A stretch of DNA of 62,582 nt, filler included, from Asterionella formosa (GCA_002256025.1; 23 parts of 23 records of this genome joined end to end with filler, not necessarily neighbours in it); one strand, 5' to 3'; positions 12,501 through 25,382 are shown, counted from the first letter of the whole stretch. Made by a program: numbers and translations. The notes: generated from the sequence alone by a model not told the origin.

Positions 12501-12779
12501 AATGTGAAGGCAGACACAGTAGTGATTCTCATGATGCCATACATGTATATTTCGTGTCAAGGAAAAGATTTTTTGTGGATCGCACCACAGGATGAGGCCA
12601 GCAAAGGATTGTTGGTACATTTACCGGTGTGTACTACCATTGTACCGGTACCAGGTACCAGGTCGTTCAATGACAAGACAGCAACATCGCTCAAATTGCG
12701 GGAAAAACTAACTAATTCCCAAATGGGAATCATAATATTTCATTTATATAACTAGTCTAATAGAAATATTTTACTTTTT

Positions 12780-12942
12780 TTATAATGGTTTTGTCATCCT
12801 ACGTCACAGTAGATGGGTGGTTGACAGCATTTAGGATTTCCCAAAAACCGATAGCATCGTTTTTTCGTCAGTTGACCAAAACCAAAACCAATCCAAAAAA
12901 AAGTTTTTGGGTTTTGGTTTGGGTCAACGGTTAGCAACGGCC
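12780..12942. mobile_element. Isolated right end of a Harbinger-like element
   Basis: Ends ...GGTCAACGGTTAGCAACGGCC|TAA. The GGCCGTT terminus resembles the MITE at 2-972, and GTTGAC/GTCAAC subterminal repeats are present. No matching left end found. Confidence 0.45.
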
Positions 12943-13381
12943 TAAATAACGTGATGGGTTATCAGGAGTACGGAAACAACAACATTGGCCAAGGTACCAG
13001 GTACCATGTACCAGGTGGTAGAATTTATGGACGCTCTAAAAATTATCAAAAGAAATTGCAACATGCATTTCCTGTATCTAGGCAACATAGCTAAGGAGCA
13101 CAAATGCATCCAATAGGAAAATAATAAGTACTCCTTGTGAAAATCAATTTCATGTGAAGCAAATGAGGAATGAAGCTGTGATGGAATTAGAGACATCTGA
13201 CTTGGATAGAATGCAACGAGTGTCCATGAAATGAAATGGTACATAATGTCATGTATTCTTCCTAGCATGAGGATTTTTCAAAAGTTAAGGTTGTCTGCAA
13301 TTTCATAGACAAAAGTAGACTAGTCTAGCTAAATAGTTGCAAACATCAAGCAGGGTAACAAAATGATTTTAATTCAAGAGT

Positions 13382-15313
13382 TTACAAAAAATTTCTCTCG
13401 TCTAATGTTTCTCCAAAGTACGCGAACATTTTACGGATACTTTCTCTTGATGTCTTGGGATCCTTTTGAAAAATTTCCATGGCCTTGCAAAATTCAGGCT
13501 CATCCAATGCAAAGTTCACTTCATGCGATCTCATTTGTTCCAAGATTGTGACGTATCGTTCAGCTTCCCATAAAAGATCTGAGGCTAGCGCCACTTCCAA
13601 CACCTTGAGGTGACAGTAGTGATTAACAATAACTTGATATTGATTGTACATGTCTTGTAAAAACGTAATAGCACCAGCCACATCTCCAGCATTGATCATC
13701 CCATCTACCATGGCACGGACATTTGATCGTGTCACCAAACCTTTATTCTCCACCTGACGAAAGTACTCTTTCATAGTAACCACATCTCCCACCTTGGCAA
13801 GTCCATCCAATAGGAGCGTATATGAGTACGCATTCGGCTCAATGCCCTTGGAGGGCATGGTATCATCCACAATTTGTATCGCTCTCCACAGGGCACCTCG
13901 GTAGCAGCATGCTTTAATCAATAGATTCCAACTCGTCACATCCAATTCGATGGGATCATGTCCACATGCTCCATGAGTCAAGGAATCAGCAAACGCAAAG
14001 GCTGCTGTTAGGGGAAGTGACCAATCTTGTTTTTGTTCCCATTCCATTTTGGTCATTCGCGATTCACCAAATTTAACCCCTGCTGCTTCTGATGGGATTT
14101 TTTCCAATGGAGCTGGTGGTCTCCATATTAATTTCGCCCGATGTTTGCGATTTTGAAAGACAATGGCATCTTGTGTTGTCAACAGCTCATCAGGAGACAA
14201 TTTCAATGGATCAATCAATCCACGGACAGTAGTACCGGTAGTACTGCTGACGTTGTCATGTTCATCGTTCTGTAAGTCCATGGGCAACAGGTACATTTTC
14301 CAAAAATGATGTACCGCTTTGCCAGTCCTACCAGTACTGGCATAGGTTTCCAGCATTCGATTGGCAATTTGTAATGTTACTTTGACACCACGATCATGCA
14401 TATTAAGTAAAATGGCATCTAGCCATCGTGTTGGGTTATCAATAGCTGGTTGGAATGCATCACCCGCATAAATATTTCGTGATTGTATTAGTTCCGTCCC
14501 CGCTGATTTGATGGCCATGACAGCGTATAGGAATTCATTAGGAACATGAGGTTCGTACCCCCGATTCCTCCGTAGTGTTAATAAGGCTTGGGTCCTTCCA
14601 ACATTCCCCGCCTTTCCATTGGCTTCCAACAATCGGTAACTAAGTAATTCTGTGAGGGGTGTTTTGGCAATACTACCAATGAGTCGTTCCAATTGTCGTA
14701 CGTAATTGGACAACACCATGGGTGTGACATGTTGTCGAAGGATCCCCTTGATGGCACGTTCAGCAATTTCCGGTGATACCAAATGAATGGCGTCTGTTGT
14801 TGTTGTTGTTGTTGTTGTTTGATTATGGACCTCACCATCATCATCTTGTTGAGTATGAGTATGAGTGTGCATATACTGCAAGTGTTGCAAGTATAACAGA
14901 GAAACAGAACGACAAAAGTCCACTTGCCACCGATCTGTCCCTTGATTGTATTCAGCAGCGGTCCGAATGTCTTGTGCTAATTGCTTGGGCCTAAAGTCTG
15001 ATTCTTGTAATGGTGGGGGTGTTTCATAAAGGATCCTGTTGTTGTTGCTGTTGTTGCTGCTGCTGTTTGTCGTGGACAGACCCCGAATGCTTCTGCTGCA
15101 GCGTGACGAAACGAGGACTGAAACTGATCTCTGACGCTGAAATGTCAGATTCTCCAACAGCATCCTTCTTGATGAGACCAAGACACGATACATCGAGAAT
15201 CGTGATGCGATGCTAGGAAAGGACCTCTTGAAGGTAGATATGGTGGTGCTGTTCATGATTGTTGGATGATGTCTATAGTAGTCGGTACAGTGAAGTCGTC
15301 GTATTGTCGTCAT
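13382..15313 (-). CDS. Pentatricopeptide repeat (PPR) protein, probably organelle (mitochondrion) targeted
   Basis: Intact 643-aa ORF with PPR motifs (DVTSWNLLIKACCYRG...MPSKGIEP, NAYSYTLLLDGLAKVGD...) and an R/S-rich, acid-poor N-terminus. Confidence 0.85.
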   Translation of the reverse strand: MTTIRRLHCTDYYRHHPTIMNSTTISTFKRSFPSIASRFSMYRVLVSSRRMLLENLTFQRQRSVSVLVSSRCSRSIRGLSTTNSSSNNSNNNRILYETPPPLQESDFRPKQLAQDIRTAAEYNQGTDRWQVDFCRSVSLLYLQHLQYMHTHTHTQQDDDGEVHNQTTTTTTTTDAIHLVSPEIAERAIKGILRQHVTPMVLSNYVRQLERLIGSIAKTPLTELLSYRLLEANGKAGNVGRTQALLTLRRNRGYEPHVPNEFLYAVMAIKSAGTELIQSRNIYAGDAFQPAIDNPTRWLDAILLNMHDRGVKVTLQIANRMLETYASTGRTGKAVHHFWKMYLLPMDLQNDEHDNVSSTTGTTVRGLIDPLKLSPDELLTTQDAIVFQNRKHRAKLIWRPPAPLEKIPSEAAGVKFGESRMTKMEWEQKQDWSLPLTAAFAFADSLTHGACGHDPIELDVTSWNLLIKACCYRGALWRAIQIVDDTMPSKGIEPNAYSYTLLLDGLAKVGDVVTMKEYFRQVENKGLVTRSNVRAMVDGMINAGDVAGAITFLQDMYNQYQVIVNHYCHLKVLEVALASDLLWEAERYVTILEQMRSHEVNFALDEPEFCKAMEIFQKDPKTSRESIRKMFAYFGETLDERNFL

Positions 15314-15685
15314 TTATCATCAGCATCATGGTACCAGGTACCAGATACACCATCCATCGAAATGGTACCTACCAGTAGACTAGTCTACCATACCAGTATC
15401 ATCATACATAGATACATGGGAGCGACGGTCATCATGCATATATAGAAGTGAGTTCATTCAGGCTGGCACCTGTGTACCAGGTACTTGGTATCGTTGACTA
15501 ATGCCGGTAGGGACAAGCACCATATATGTGTTGACATAAATATATATATACATCCATACAAATGCACAGCTACCTGTAGTGCGTATCTATAATGATACTA
15601 ATTAAATATCTTGCCATACGCACCGTGCAACGCACTCCGTATTACCTGGTCCTAGTATACAAGGTACCTGGTACCAGGTACCAGG

Positions 15686-15881
15686 TGAGCGATCTTGCGC
15701 ATCAATACAGATGTATATAGGGTTAGTGTTATACCATATATATATCAGAACTCTATAATGAGAGAACTCAACTAACCCTCATTGTATACTTTGGTGTCAA
15801 ATTAGAGAACAAGTTACACACAAGGATTACCTAATAAGCTCATATATTCAACAATACTACTACTTCTAGTTAGATACTTCA
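15686..15881 (+). repeat. Gypsy 5' LTR
   Basis: Direct repeat of 19965-20161, about 7 substitutions and 1 indel by eye. Confidence 0.93.
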
Positions 15882-18800
15882 CTTTGAATTCAAAAAGAGT
15901 CCAATTACTAGAATTAATAATGTTGATGTCCTCTCAAGTTCCAGTGGTCCCATGGATGATGGATAACAACATATTAAACATCAAGATTCAAACCTCTTTG
16001 TGTATCCTTACAAGTCAGGTCGACGTTTGGAGTCTTACAGCAAAGATATGATCAATTGACACTCAGGGGAAGCTTGTTGATTGATTTCAGTAAATTATGT
16101 GACATGGCTGACACATATATCTTCAGTCCAGCAGATTGCTTGCTTGTTTTTCTATTGCTACAGAATACGCCTTATCGATATCGCCTTGTCTGACTGGATG
16201 AGCGTGGGTTGCAATGCATTCAGATGCTTAGTCCTAGTATGACAGTCTATACAAAATCATGGTGAGGTGGCTGAAGCATTCTTGTACTCATGACATGCAT
16301 GTTCCTTTGAAAGTCAGCATCACTGGCAGTGGATTTTCTGATAAAACTCGATAAAACCGTTCAACGTGCTATTGATGAATGTCTCTGCCTGTCTCAAGAC
16401 CTTAAAGAAGTTCCTAAAACTCATGGGAACTCATCCAGAAGATCAAGAGGTTTCCGCCAAGGAAGATTTGAGGTTGATTGTCATTTTGCTTGATTGACAA
16501 TGCGTGGCAATAATTGTTTGAATGGAACAATGAAAAGAACACAAAAAAATTGATTCGCTTGGTTTTGACTTACTTCGAGAGTCAACAATCATTCAAAGAT
16601 CAACTCAAGCACATCCTCAAGCATGAGTTCTACCAGAACCCGAAATCGACTTCGCATCGCTGAAGGCAATAATGTTATGTCAAGAGAACGCGCGTGCCTG
16701 GTGTCAATTTTCTAAAATCGTCTATAAATAGTTGAAGTTGAAGACAATCCCGTGATGAATAAAGAAAACAAGCGTGACTAGTGTCAATTTTAACAAAAGA
16801 TCGTCTTTGCATCGCTAAATGCAGTCCTGTAATGCATCAAGAATACAACAATTTCAAGCTTCAATTTGTACATGATAATTTTATACTCAGTGGCAATGGC
16901 AGGGCGCATTCATTTTAATGCAGCCGGCCACGCATGGAATGTGAAACAACAGTCAAACATAAGGCCCATCGAGTTAACATTACTAACACTACTAACCTTG
17001 TTCCTGTTTGGACTCCTGTTTCTGTTCCTCTGGCGTAGAAATTCTACGAGGAGCAAATTATCATACTAACACAGCTAACCCTATTCATGTTTTTCTTCCG
17101 TGCATGTTTTATACAAGTAAATCCATGGGTAAACCCTGCCTATGATGATGTCTGATTAAGGTACTGTGCCGAGGGCCATAACTGCCGGCTTTTATGAATC
17201 TGCCCAGGAAATTTTAGTGGTCATGAACCCTCCTGTTGGTCAGCTAGTGGCCGATGTGCCTAATAAAAACCAGCAGAATGCTGAACAGATCGCCTTAACA
17301 GAAGTATGTGTGACAATAGCAACAATGGTATGATTATAATAATATACATATATATATATATATGTTTATGAGCGAAAGCACATTGAATATGTCTTACGTC
17401 AATCATTACCTGAACAACTTTTGTTATTTACAGGATAATTACAGGTTGGATATCACCACTGAAAAAGGTAGATTCAATATATCATTCCATATGCACATCT
17501 CAAGGCCTGATTCCGGTCTTATTCTTTCTTTGCCTAAGAATGCATAAGCCTAATTGCATTTTATTCTCATGTCATTAGCAACCCAAGGATTGGTGGCTGC
17601 GTTGTATATACATGACATAAGATGAATGTTATTTGATCGCGGTGGGTCCTGATCTTTAACTTATGAATGGATTGTACTTCAGGACATTTCGTTGTAAAAT
17701 CGAACATTTATAATTAATATATACCATGCATAGCAGGTATGATCCCATCTTTTCTTCCTTTGCCAGTTCTCTTTCATAAAACATGCATGATGCTCCCAAA
17801 ATTTAATCTGTCAGCTTGTATCCTGAAACAGAAGTACCTGGTCTTAGTAAATTCTGCGAGTTTGCTCATTTGTCCAGGATTTTGTACAAAATACTATGTC
17901 CTCTGTGGTAGATATAGTAGTATTTTTTACTGCATGTCATTGATTTTTATAATGATACAGAACATTTACATAATGAATTGTTCTATTTTGATACATCTAT
18001 CAAGGATTATGTTTACACATGGAGTATTAAAGCTGCTAACTATACAGATACGGAAAGCTGCTGTTATGGCTGAAATAAATTTATTTAACCACAAGTCATC
18101 CAGTGCAATTCCGAACGAAATGGTCCAATGAAAAAACTGACGTATTGGGATATCGATAAGCTCCAACCGACTTCAAAATTTGGTATTCAAAATTAAAAAA
18201 TGATATAAATGGAACTGGTCCATTTTTATGGTTACCTATGCATACATCAACAAGCTTTTGAATCAATGAAAGCATTATTAGTTGCAGATACACTCATGAG
18301 TTGTTATCCTGATCGTAATTTTCCTTTCCATATTTTTTACTAATGTTTCTGATTTTCATTGAAGAAACTTTCAAAGAATTTCTCTCTTTGTCATTAAATG
18401 CGGTTCTACATGTTCACACTGATCATCGTATTTTTATCTATATTATCCTGCACAAAAACTCAACGTGTTCTCCGGTGGAGTCTTTATATTGAAGAATATC
18501 TTCTTACTTTTCACTATATGAAGGGTACTGATAATGTCAAATATTACAGATTCTATCTTTCGCCTCCCGAGGCTTGAGGCTTTGGTGTGGGATGATATTG
18601 GGCCGAAATATTCAGCATCAACATCCACTTCTACTTTCTCAATTAAATCAGTTGGGCCGAACCTTCAGCATCAACATCCACTTCTATTTTCTCATTTGAA
18701 TTAGATGATGAACCTCTGTTTACCTGTTTCCTCAATCATCCAATCTTGGCAGAAAATATTCAATATCCTCTGGATTAGACAATTGCTATATACACAATTG

Positions 18801-19964
18801 ATTCTCAATCAAACAACACATCTCATTCTCAATCAACAAACACATCCGCTAAAATTTCCCTCTATCAATTTTTATGATATACATTTAATATGTTTTGTGA
18901 AGAATCCAGGAGATACTTGGCGTATTGTTATTCCTACATCACTATTGGATCATATTATTAATTGGTATCATCAGATGTTAGCTCATGTGGTTATGACAAG
19001 ATGAAATGCTACAGTTTCTTCACATTTTTATTACCCTCCATTAAAAGCAGGAGTGAAACATATTGCAAGCATATATGAAACATCTCAAAACGTACAAAAT
19101 TACCTGGTGCTGGTTTTTGGTGAACTTCCATCAAGGAATGCATAATTTTACAATGCTCAGAAGTCACAGTGGATTTAATAATTGGTCCATGGAAGATAAC
19201 AGTGGCTGCACAAGCGATTGAATTTCGTGCTCCAACTTGAGTTAACACAGTCACCAATTTACCAGAAATTTCACATATCAATAATAAGACATCAGAATAT
19301 ATTGCGATGAAAATTGAAAATGATTGGTTAGAAAGATATCTCCATGCATCCAGAAGGTTGTATACATGACAATAGAGGTGAATTTACTGGTATTTCTTTC
19401 ATATACATGTTAGTGTTGAATGGAATTAAAATCGGGACTAGTATTACAGTCAAGAATCCATAAACAAATGCTATCCGTGAACGTTTACATCAATCTATCA
19501 GTAACAGTCTACGAGTTATGTCAATCAAAGAATTTCAAGCTCAGAATATCGTGGATACCAGTTTGCTGCATCATATGCAGCTTGAGCTACTATTTATAGT
19601 ACATTGCGCATTTCACCAGGAACATGGGTTTTCCAGCAACATGATATGATATTAAAAATTCCTTTAATTACAGATATGCAATTGATATTGGGATATCAAT
19701 GTCGATAAGTGATAATTGACAAATGTCTTCGTCGTGATAATTTCCGTCTTCGTTCTTGTGTTTACAAAGTTGGTGATGACATTTTAATCCTATTGGATAA
19801 TCTTACTACCTTGGATGACCGTGAACGAGGTCCTTATTCTATTATTCAAGTATATACCAATGGTACGGTTACTTTTCAACGAACCATGCATACTACAGAA
19901 CAAATTAATATTCATTACATCAAAAAATTTCAAAGGTAAAAGGTTTCCCCTTGGTGTGGGAGAG

Positions 19965-20161
19965 TGAGCGATCTTGCGCATCAATACAGATGTATGTAGG
20001 GTTAGTTTTATATCATATATATATCAGAACTCTATAATGAGAGAACTCAACTAACCCTCATTATATACTTTGGTGTCGACTTAGAGAACAAGTTACACAC
20101 AAGGATTAACTAATAAGCTCATATATTCAACAAATACTACTACTTCTAGTTAGATACTTCA
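19965..20161 (+). repeat. Gypsy 3' LTR
   Basis: Direct repeat of 15686-15881. Confidence 0.93.
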
Positions 20162-20432
20162 CCAGGTACCCCTGGTACCAATGGTACTCCCTCTGGGCGA
20201 AAATAATTACTGTTATGTCAAATCGATGGCACCACTAGTGTTTTTGCTGTTCACATATGAAAGATTACGTAACCAACATACCAAAACTGCGTTTGTTACT
20301 TTTTGTACCCTGGTAGTTAAAATAATCACTTGGTGAGTAGTATGAGTACAGAGTACAATTTACGATATAATATTCTGTTGACAAAATTATTACAGTTTCA
20401 CTATTGTGTTTTCTAAAAAGATGAGCTTAAAC

Positions 20433-23400
20433 TGAACAATTAAGGTTGGCGCAAAGTACATAGCGATACGTAGCAGTACGGTACAGCAGTGACTAGTCGT
20501 TATATCATGCAGACATTGGCGATAGAGTGGAAGTGTCTGTTAGTTAGCGATAGCAAAAGCAAGAAGTGAGTGCTCGATCTTGCTCACTCTTTTTAAAATT
20601 AATCCTTTTAATACATCTTTACCCTTATGCTCTTTACCTAAGTAAGGCACTATGTCGGACTTCACACAGCGATTATGATTTAGTTTATAAGACCCATCGT
20701 AAAAAGCGAGAGCGATGCTAGCAGAAAGAGGATAAAGCAAGCGAAAAAAAAGGAATCGAATAGTGAATGCGATGTTGTCGAAGTGTCGATATTTCCAGAT
20801 ACACCAGAGACAGCTGGATGCAGGCTCTGGTAGCACAGCATGATGACAACAGGATAGAGGAAGGGAATCCTTCTCAATCCCTAGCGCAGCAAGCAGGCAA
20901 AGGGAGACTGATCATCTCATCAGGCATTAGCGAAACGTGAAGCCCCTCATGTACTATCATTTTATTCATTTACAGAACAGAACAACAAGATGGCCGAAGT
21001 GGCAGTTGCTCCGATTGTGAATGAAGGTTCACCAATGATGTTGATAGGCATTGATAAAGTACTCCAGGTGATTGAATTTTAATCAGAAGCCGAAAGGGCC
21101 AGCATCATGCAGGCAGGGTTGGGCCGATTCGAAGATTTCCGTTACCTTGTGGAGAAGGATGTCTGTGATATGGCGGATGAGTTTGGCAAGCGTACCCAGG
21201 CAAATGGAAGGATTGTCATTGGACTAGGATGCACTAAGAAGCTGACTGGTGTTATGCATTGGGTACAGGACTGTCATAGAGCAAGCAATATTCCAAACCA
21301 TGAAAATTTTGATGAAGAAACGATGTATGCAGCCCTCAGTTTGGCTCAAATTCGTAAATCCGATATTGAATTGGTTACCACCAACTCAAAGGCAGCTGAT
21401 CCAGGAAAATTCAAGGATGAACGTAAATGGTCTGAATGGGAGAAGGCGTTCATTAACTACCTATCGGTCATCCCTGGGGTAAATGGCATTCCATTGTCAT
21501 ATGTTGTGTGAGAGCTAGAGAACCCCACCCGAAAGGATGATTAATCAAGCATTGCTTAATGGAGTCCTAGTTGCAGAGTACGCAATTGCCAACCAAATAG
21601 ATGAGGAACCAGCTTTTGCTTGGTGGGTTGGAAATTTAATAAGGAAGCGCAACAGGATCCTATCCAAAATTAAATCTAAGTACTGGCAGCAAACGCATAA
21701 GTTTGGAATTCGTATTCCAAAATCAGTGGAACAAGCGATTGTAATTGACAAACAGAATGGCAATAGTCTCTAGTGGGATGCAATTTGCACAGAGATGAAA
21801 AACGCGAGGCCAGCATTTGAGATGTGGGAACAGGATAAAAAGAAACTGCCTCCAGGGTACCAGAGAATCAAATGTCATTTTATATTTGACATTAAGATGG
21901 GCGAGACCTTCAGACGAAAGGCAAGATTAGTTGCCAATGGGAATGAAACAGAGGCCCCAGCAGCACTGACATACTCCTCGGTGGTTTCGAGGGATTCAGT
22001 GACGATTGCCCTCTTAATTGCATCTCTCAATTACCTTGAATTACTGGCATTTTACATCCAAAATGCATACTTGACTGCTGACTGCCGTGAGAGAATATAT
22101 ACTATTGCAGGACCAGAATTCGGATCAGAAGCTGGAGGTGTCGAAAAGCATTGTATGGATTTAAGTCTAGTGGTGCGGCCTTCCGAGCACATTGGGCTGA
22201 GGCCCTGTATAATTCGAGCTATATGCCAACAAAAGCGGATCCAGATGTATGGATTTGACCAGATACCAAACCCAATGGGTTTGAGTACTATGAAATGATG
22301 CTTATTTATGTTGAGGATATCTTATGTATATCCCATGATCCACATGCAACTATGAAGGGTATCCAAGCAGCATTTAAATTGAAAGACGACAAGATTGAAA
22401 AATCAGAAAATTATCTTGGGGCACAGCTCACACAAAAGATCATTAATGGAATGGAATGCTGGACAATGTCATCGGAGCAATACGTTACAGCATCCATAGC
22501 AAATGTCGAAGCAGCATTGAAGTCAAGCGGTCAGAGAATACCATCCAGATGCACCACACCAATTCAAGCCAATTATCGACCGGAGCTGGACACAACAGCG
22601 GAGCTAAAATTAGAAGGCATCCGCTATGAACAAGAGATGATTGAAGTCTTGCTGTGGGCGATAGAACTCGGTAGGATTGATATTGCAATGGAAGTGTCAA
22701 TGCTGTCTTCTCACCTTGCGTTACCTCGAGAAGGACATCTTCAACAGGTTTATCATATCTTCGGATACTTGAAAGCAAGACCTAAGCGAACGCTGGCATT
22801 TGATCCCCAGCACCCTGATATTGATGAATCGAGATTTGTGAGGTGTGATTGCATGATTTTTATCGAGGGGCAAAAGAGCCAATTCCAGGGGACATGCCAG
22901 AAGCCCGTGGAAATGTGGTGTCAACACATTGTTTTGTTGACGCTGATCATGCAGGTAATTGTATAACAAGACGCTCACAAACCGCAATCCTACTCTTTGT
23001 TAACAGGGACCAGTAGTGTGGTACAGCAAACGCCAAAATACGGTCGAGACATCGACATTTGGAAGCAAGTTTGTTGCCATGAGGATCGCTGTGGAGTTAG
23101 TGGAGGCTCTGCGCTACAAACTGAGAATGTTTGGAATACCAATAGAAGGGCCAACCAACGTCTTTTGTGACAACGAGGCAGTTACCAAGAATACTATTTT
23201 CTCGGAATCTACGCTTAAGAAGAAACAAAATTCAATTGCTTATCATCGTTCAAGAGAGGCAGTAGCAGCAGGCACAATCAGAGTGACAAAAGAGGATGGA
23301 CAGACAAACTTGGCTGATGTGCTGACTAAACCACTGGCACAAGCAACCAAAGATTTTTTATGTGACCGATTCATGCATTGACATTGAACACAGCCTAGGT

Positions 23401-23774
23401 TCATCAAGTATCATAAGATGCTTGGTTACCTCCTGGACATGCAAGACATGCTGTGGCTTTGAAAAACAGGTCATAGATTTGTGGCAAGCAACATCTCAAT
23501 CACCTCCATATTGCTCAAGGGGACTGAACAATTAAGGTTGGCGCAAAGTAAGTAGCGATACATATCAGTAAGGTACAGCAGTGACTAGTCGTTATATCAA
23601 GCAGACATTGGTGATAGAGTGGAAGTGTCTGTTAGTTAGCGATAGCGAAAGCAAGAAGTGAGTGCTCGATCTTGCTCACTCTTTTTACAATTAATCCTTT
23701 TAATACATCTTTACCCTTATGCTCTTTACCTAAGTAAGGCACTATGTCGGACTTCACACAGCGATTATGATTTA
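20433..23774 (+). mobile_element. Ty1/Copia (CoDi-type) LTR retrotransposon, internally deleted
   Basis: 250-bp LTRs at 20433-20682 and 23525-23774. A gag fragment (21107-21511) is joined directly to the AEYA.AN.I.EEPAFAWWV region. RT (KARLVANG, YSSVVSRDSV, YVEDIL) is frameshifted and RNase H (WYSKRQNTVETSTFGS, FCDNEAV, NLADVLTKPL) is at 23016-23381. PPT CAAGGGGAC. Protease and integrase are missing. Confidence 0.92.
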
Positions 23775-24155
23775 AAACTACCGTAAAACCTGGTGCCTTG
23801 TATCCCTCAATGTACACACCCACGTAGAGGGGATTACAAGACATCGGAACTTTTTTGATTGTCAGACACTTTATGAAAAAACCAACTTCACCACCATTTT
23901 ATCCATAGTCTATAACAAAAATAGTAATATTAAAAGATATATTGTTTTAGGTTCAATCGGCTTCTAGGATCAATTGAATTTCTATTTTTGGAGCACTGCC
24001 ATGCCCGAATTTCGTCATGACCTTAACAGAAATTTCTAGAGTGTATACAACTTGTACCTGATTCTACGATGTAATAAATTGTGTAGGTTCCACAAATCTG
24101 ATTGTGATAGAAATTGAGGTTAGCCAACCAAATCATTTTCTACGGAATCATCAGC

Positions 24156-25382
24156 ATGACAACGAAAAAATATCTCTGCATCAGGCAAAAGAAAAATAGT
24201 GTTGCGGAAGCATACAGCAAGCCCAACAATATCAAGGCAACCGCCAGAGCATATTTGGTTCAGCCAAAGCAGATCCGGAGCTGGAAGTCCATCCTGGATG
24301 GTATAATGGTTGTGGTTCCAGCGGAGGTGGCGGAGATTCCTCTGCGGGAAGAAGGTTTGATTCAGAGGCAGGTGTTGATGAAAAAAAAATCGCTCACCCA
24401 GGCCACTCTCCAAAAAGTGCTGCTGAGTTTAAAGGATTGAAGACTCTTTTCGACCAGTTGCGGCTTCAAGATAGGGCCTGCACCACCAGGATGCTCAGTG
24501 TTGAGCTGAAAAGGCAATCTGGGAACGAAAATGTGTCGCTGGAGGCACTTGAAAAACGAATCAAGCGCTGGCTTGCCTGTAAGGACATTGTCATTAGGCG
24601 TGTGACTCATGTCGCCCAAAATACAAGGCTGGACCAGGAGACAATTCAATATTTTGTTCCCTACATCAACCATCAAATTGCTGCGTTCGAATTTCATTGC
24701 TGGAAACATTGTCGATATTGATGAGACAAACATCAATTTTGACATGTCTGGATCAAGAACTTTGGCAACCCGAGGCGAAAGGACCATTGGGCTTCGAACA
24801 ACAGGAAATTCGAACCGTTCCACTGTGTTGTTAGGGGTGACAATGAGTGGTGAGAAGTTGCTACCATTCGTTGTATTTACAGGAACAAGGAATGGACGTA
24901 TTGCCAGGCAATTGGGATTACTAGACAACAATCAACAACTTTTTCCGGTCGGTATTAATTACGCTTGTCAACTCAAAGCTTGGGTTGATACAGACATATT
25001 TTTACAATGGATCGAAAAAGTTTGGCAACCATTTGCGTTGGGAAAAGGCGGTGAGCCTACTCACCTTCTTATGGATGATTTTACAGTCCACAAGGTAGGA
25101 CGTTGTGTTGATGCATTTAAAAATTGAGGCACTGAGGTTGATTTCGTCCTCCCAGGCTACTCATCTAGACTTCAAGTGTTGGATATAGGAGTTAATAAGC
25201 CCTTCAAGGACTACATGAGAGGATCTTGGGAAGACTACATGGTTGCCAATGTGGATAATACCAAGGTGCAAAGGCACCAGATTGCACAATGGGTAGAAAA
25301 GGCATGGGTTAGAGTCTCAATTGAAACAATCACCAATACCTGGAAGAGCATTGGATTTGAGGGCTTTGCTGCTGTTAACTAG
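24156..25382 (+). pseudogene. pogo/Tigger-type transposase (HTH + CENP-B-type HTH + DDE_1), frameshifted
   Basis: NIKATAR...VQPKQIRSWK helix-turn-helix, then IDET, TVLLGVTMSGEKL.PFVVF, KAWVD, LLMDDF.VH and LQVLDIGVNKPFK. 35 residues separate the second and third Asp. Two frameshifts plus a TGA at 25125. Confidence 0.9.

Larger units (their letters stand above)
15686..20161 (+). mobile_element. Ty3/Gypsy LTR retrotransposon: structurally complete, coding region decayed
   Basis: TG...CA LTRs at 15686-15881 and 19965-20161, a 5-bp TSD CCAGG on both sides, and a purine tract before the 3' LTR. Remnants of RNase H (HVHTDH), integrase zinc finger (INWYHQMLAH), integrase core (VDLI.GPW) and GPY module (GPYSIIQVYTNGTV) lie in RH-INT order. 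Confidence 0.92.

Noticed and set aside
14578..15216. Poly-Q, poly-L and poly-C ORFs
   Set aside because: They are alternative frames of trinucleotide repeats inside the PPR gene.
20540..23844. Duplicated small ORF ending ...HSLLAFAIAN (20540 and 23632)
   Set aside because: It is an antisense translation of the two Copia LTRs.
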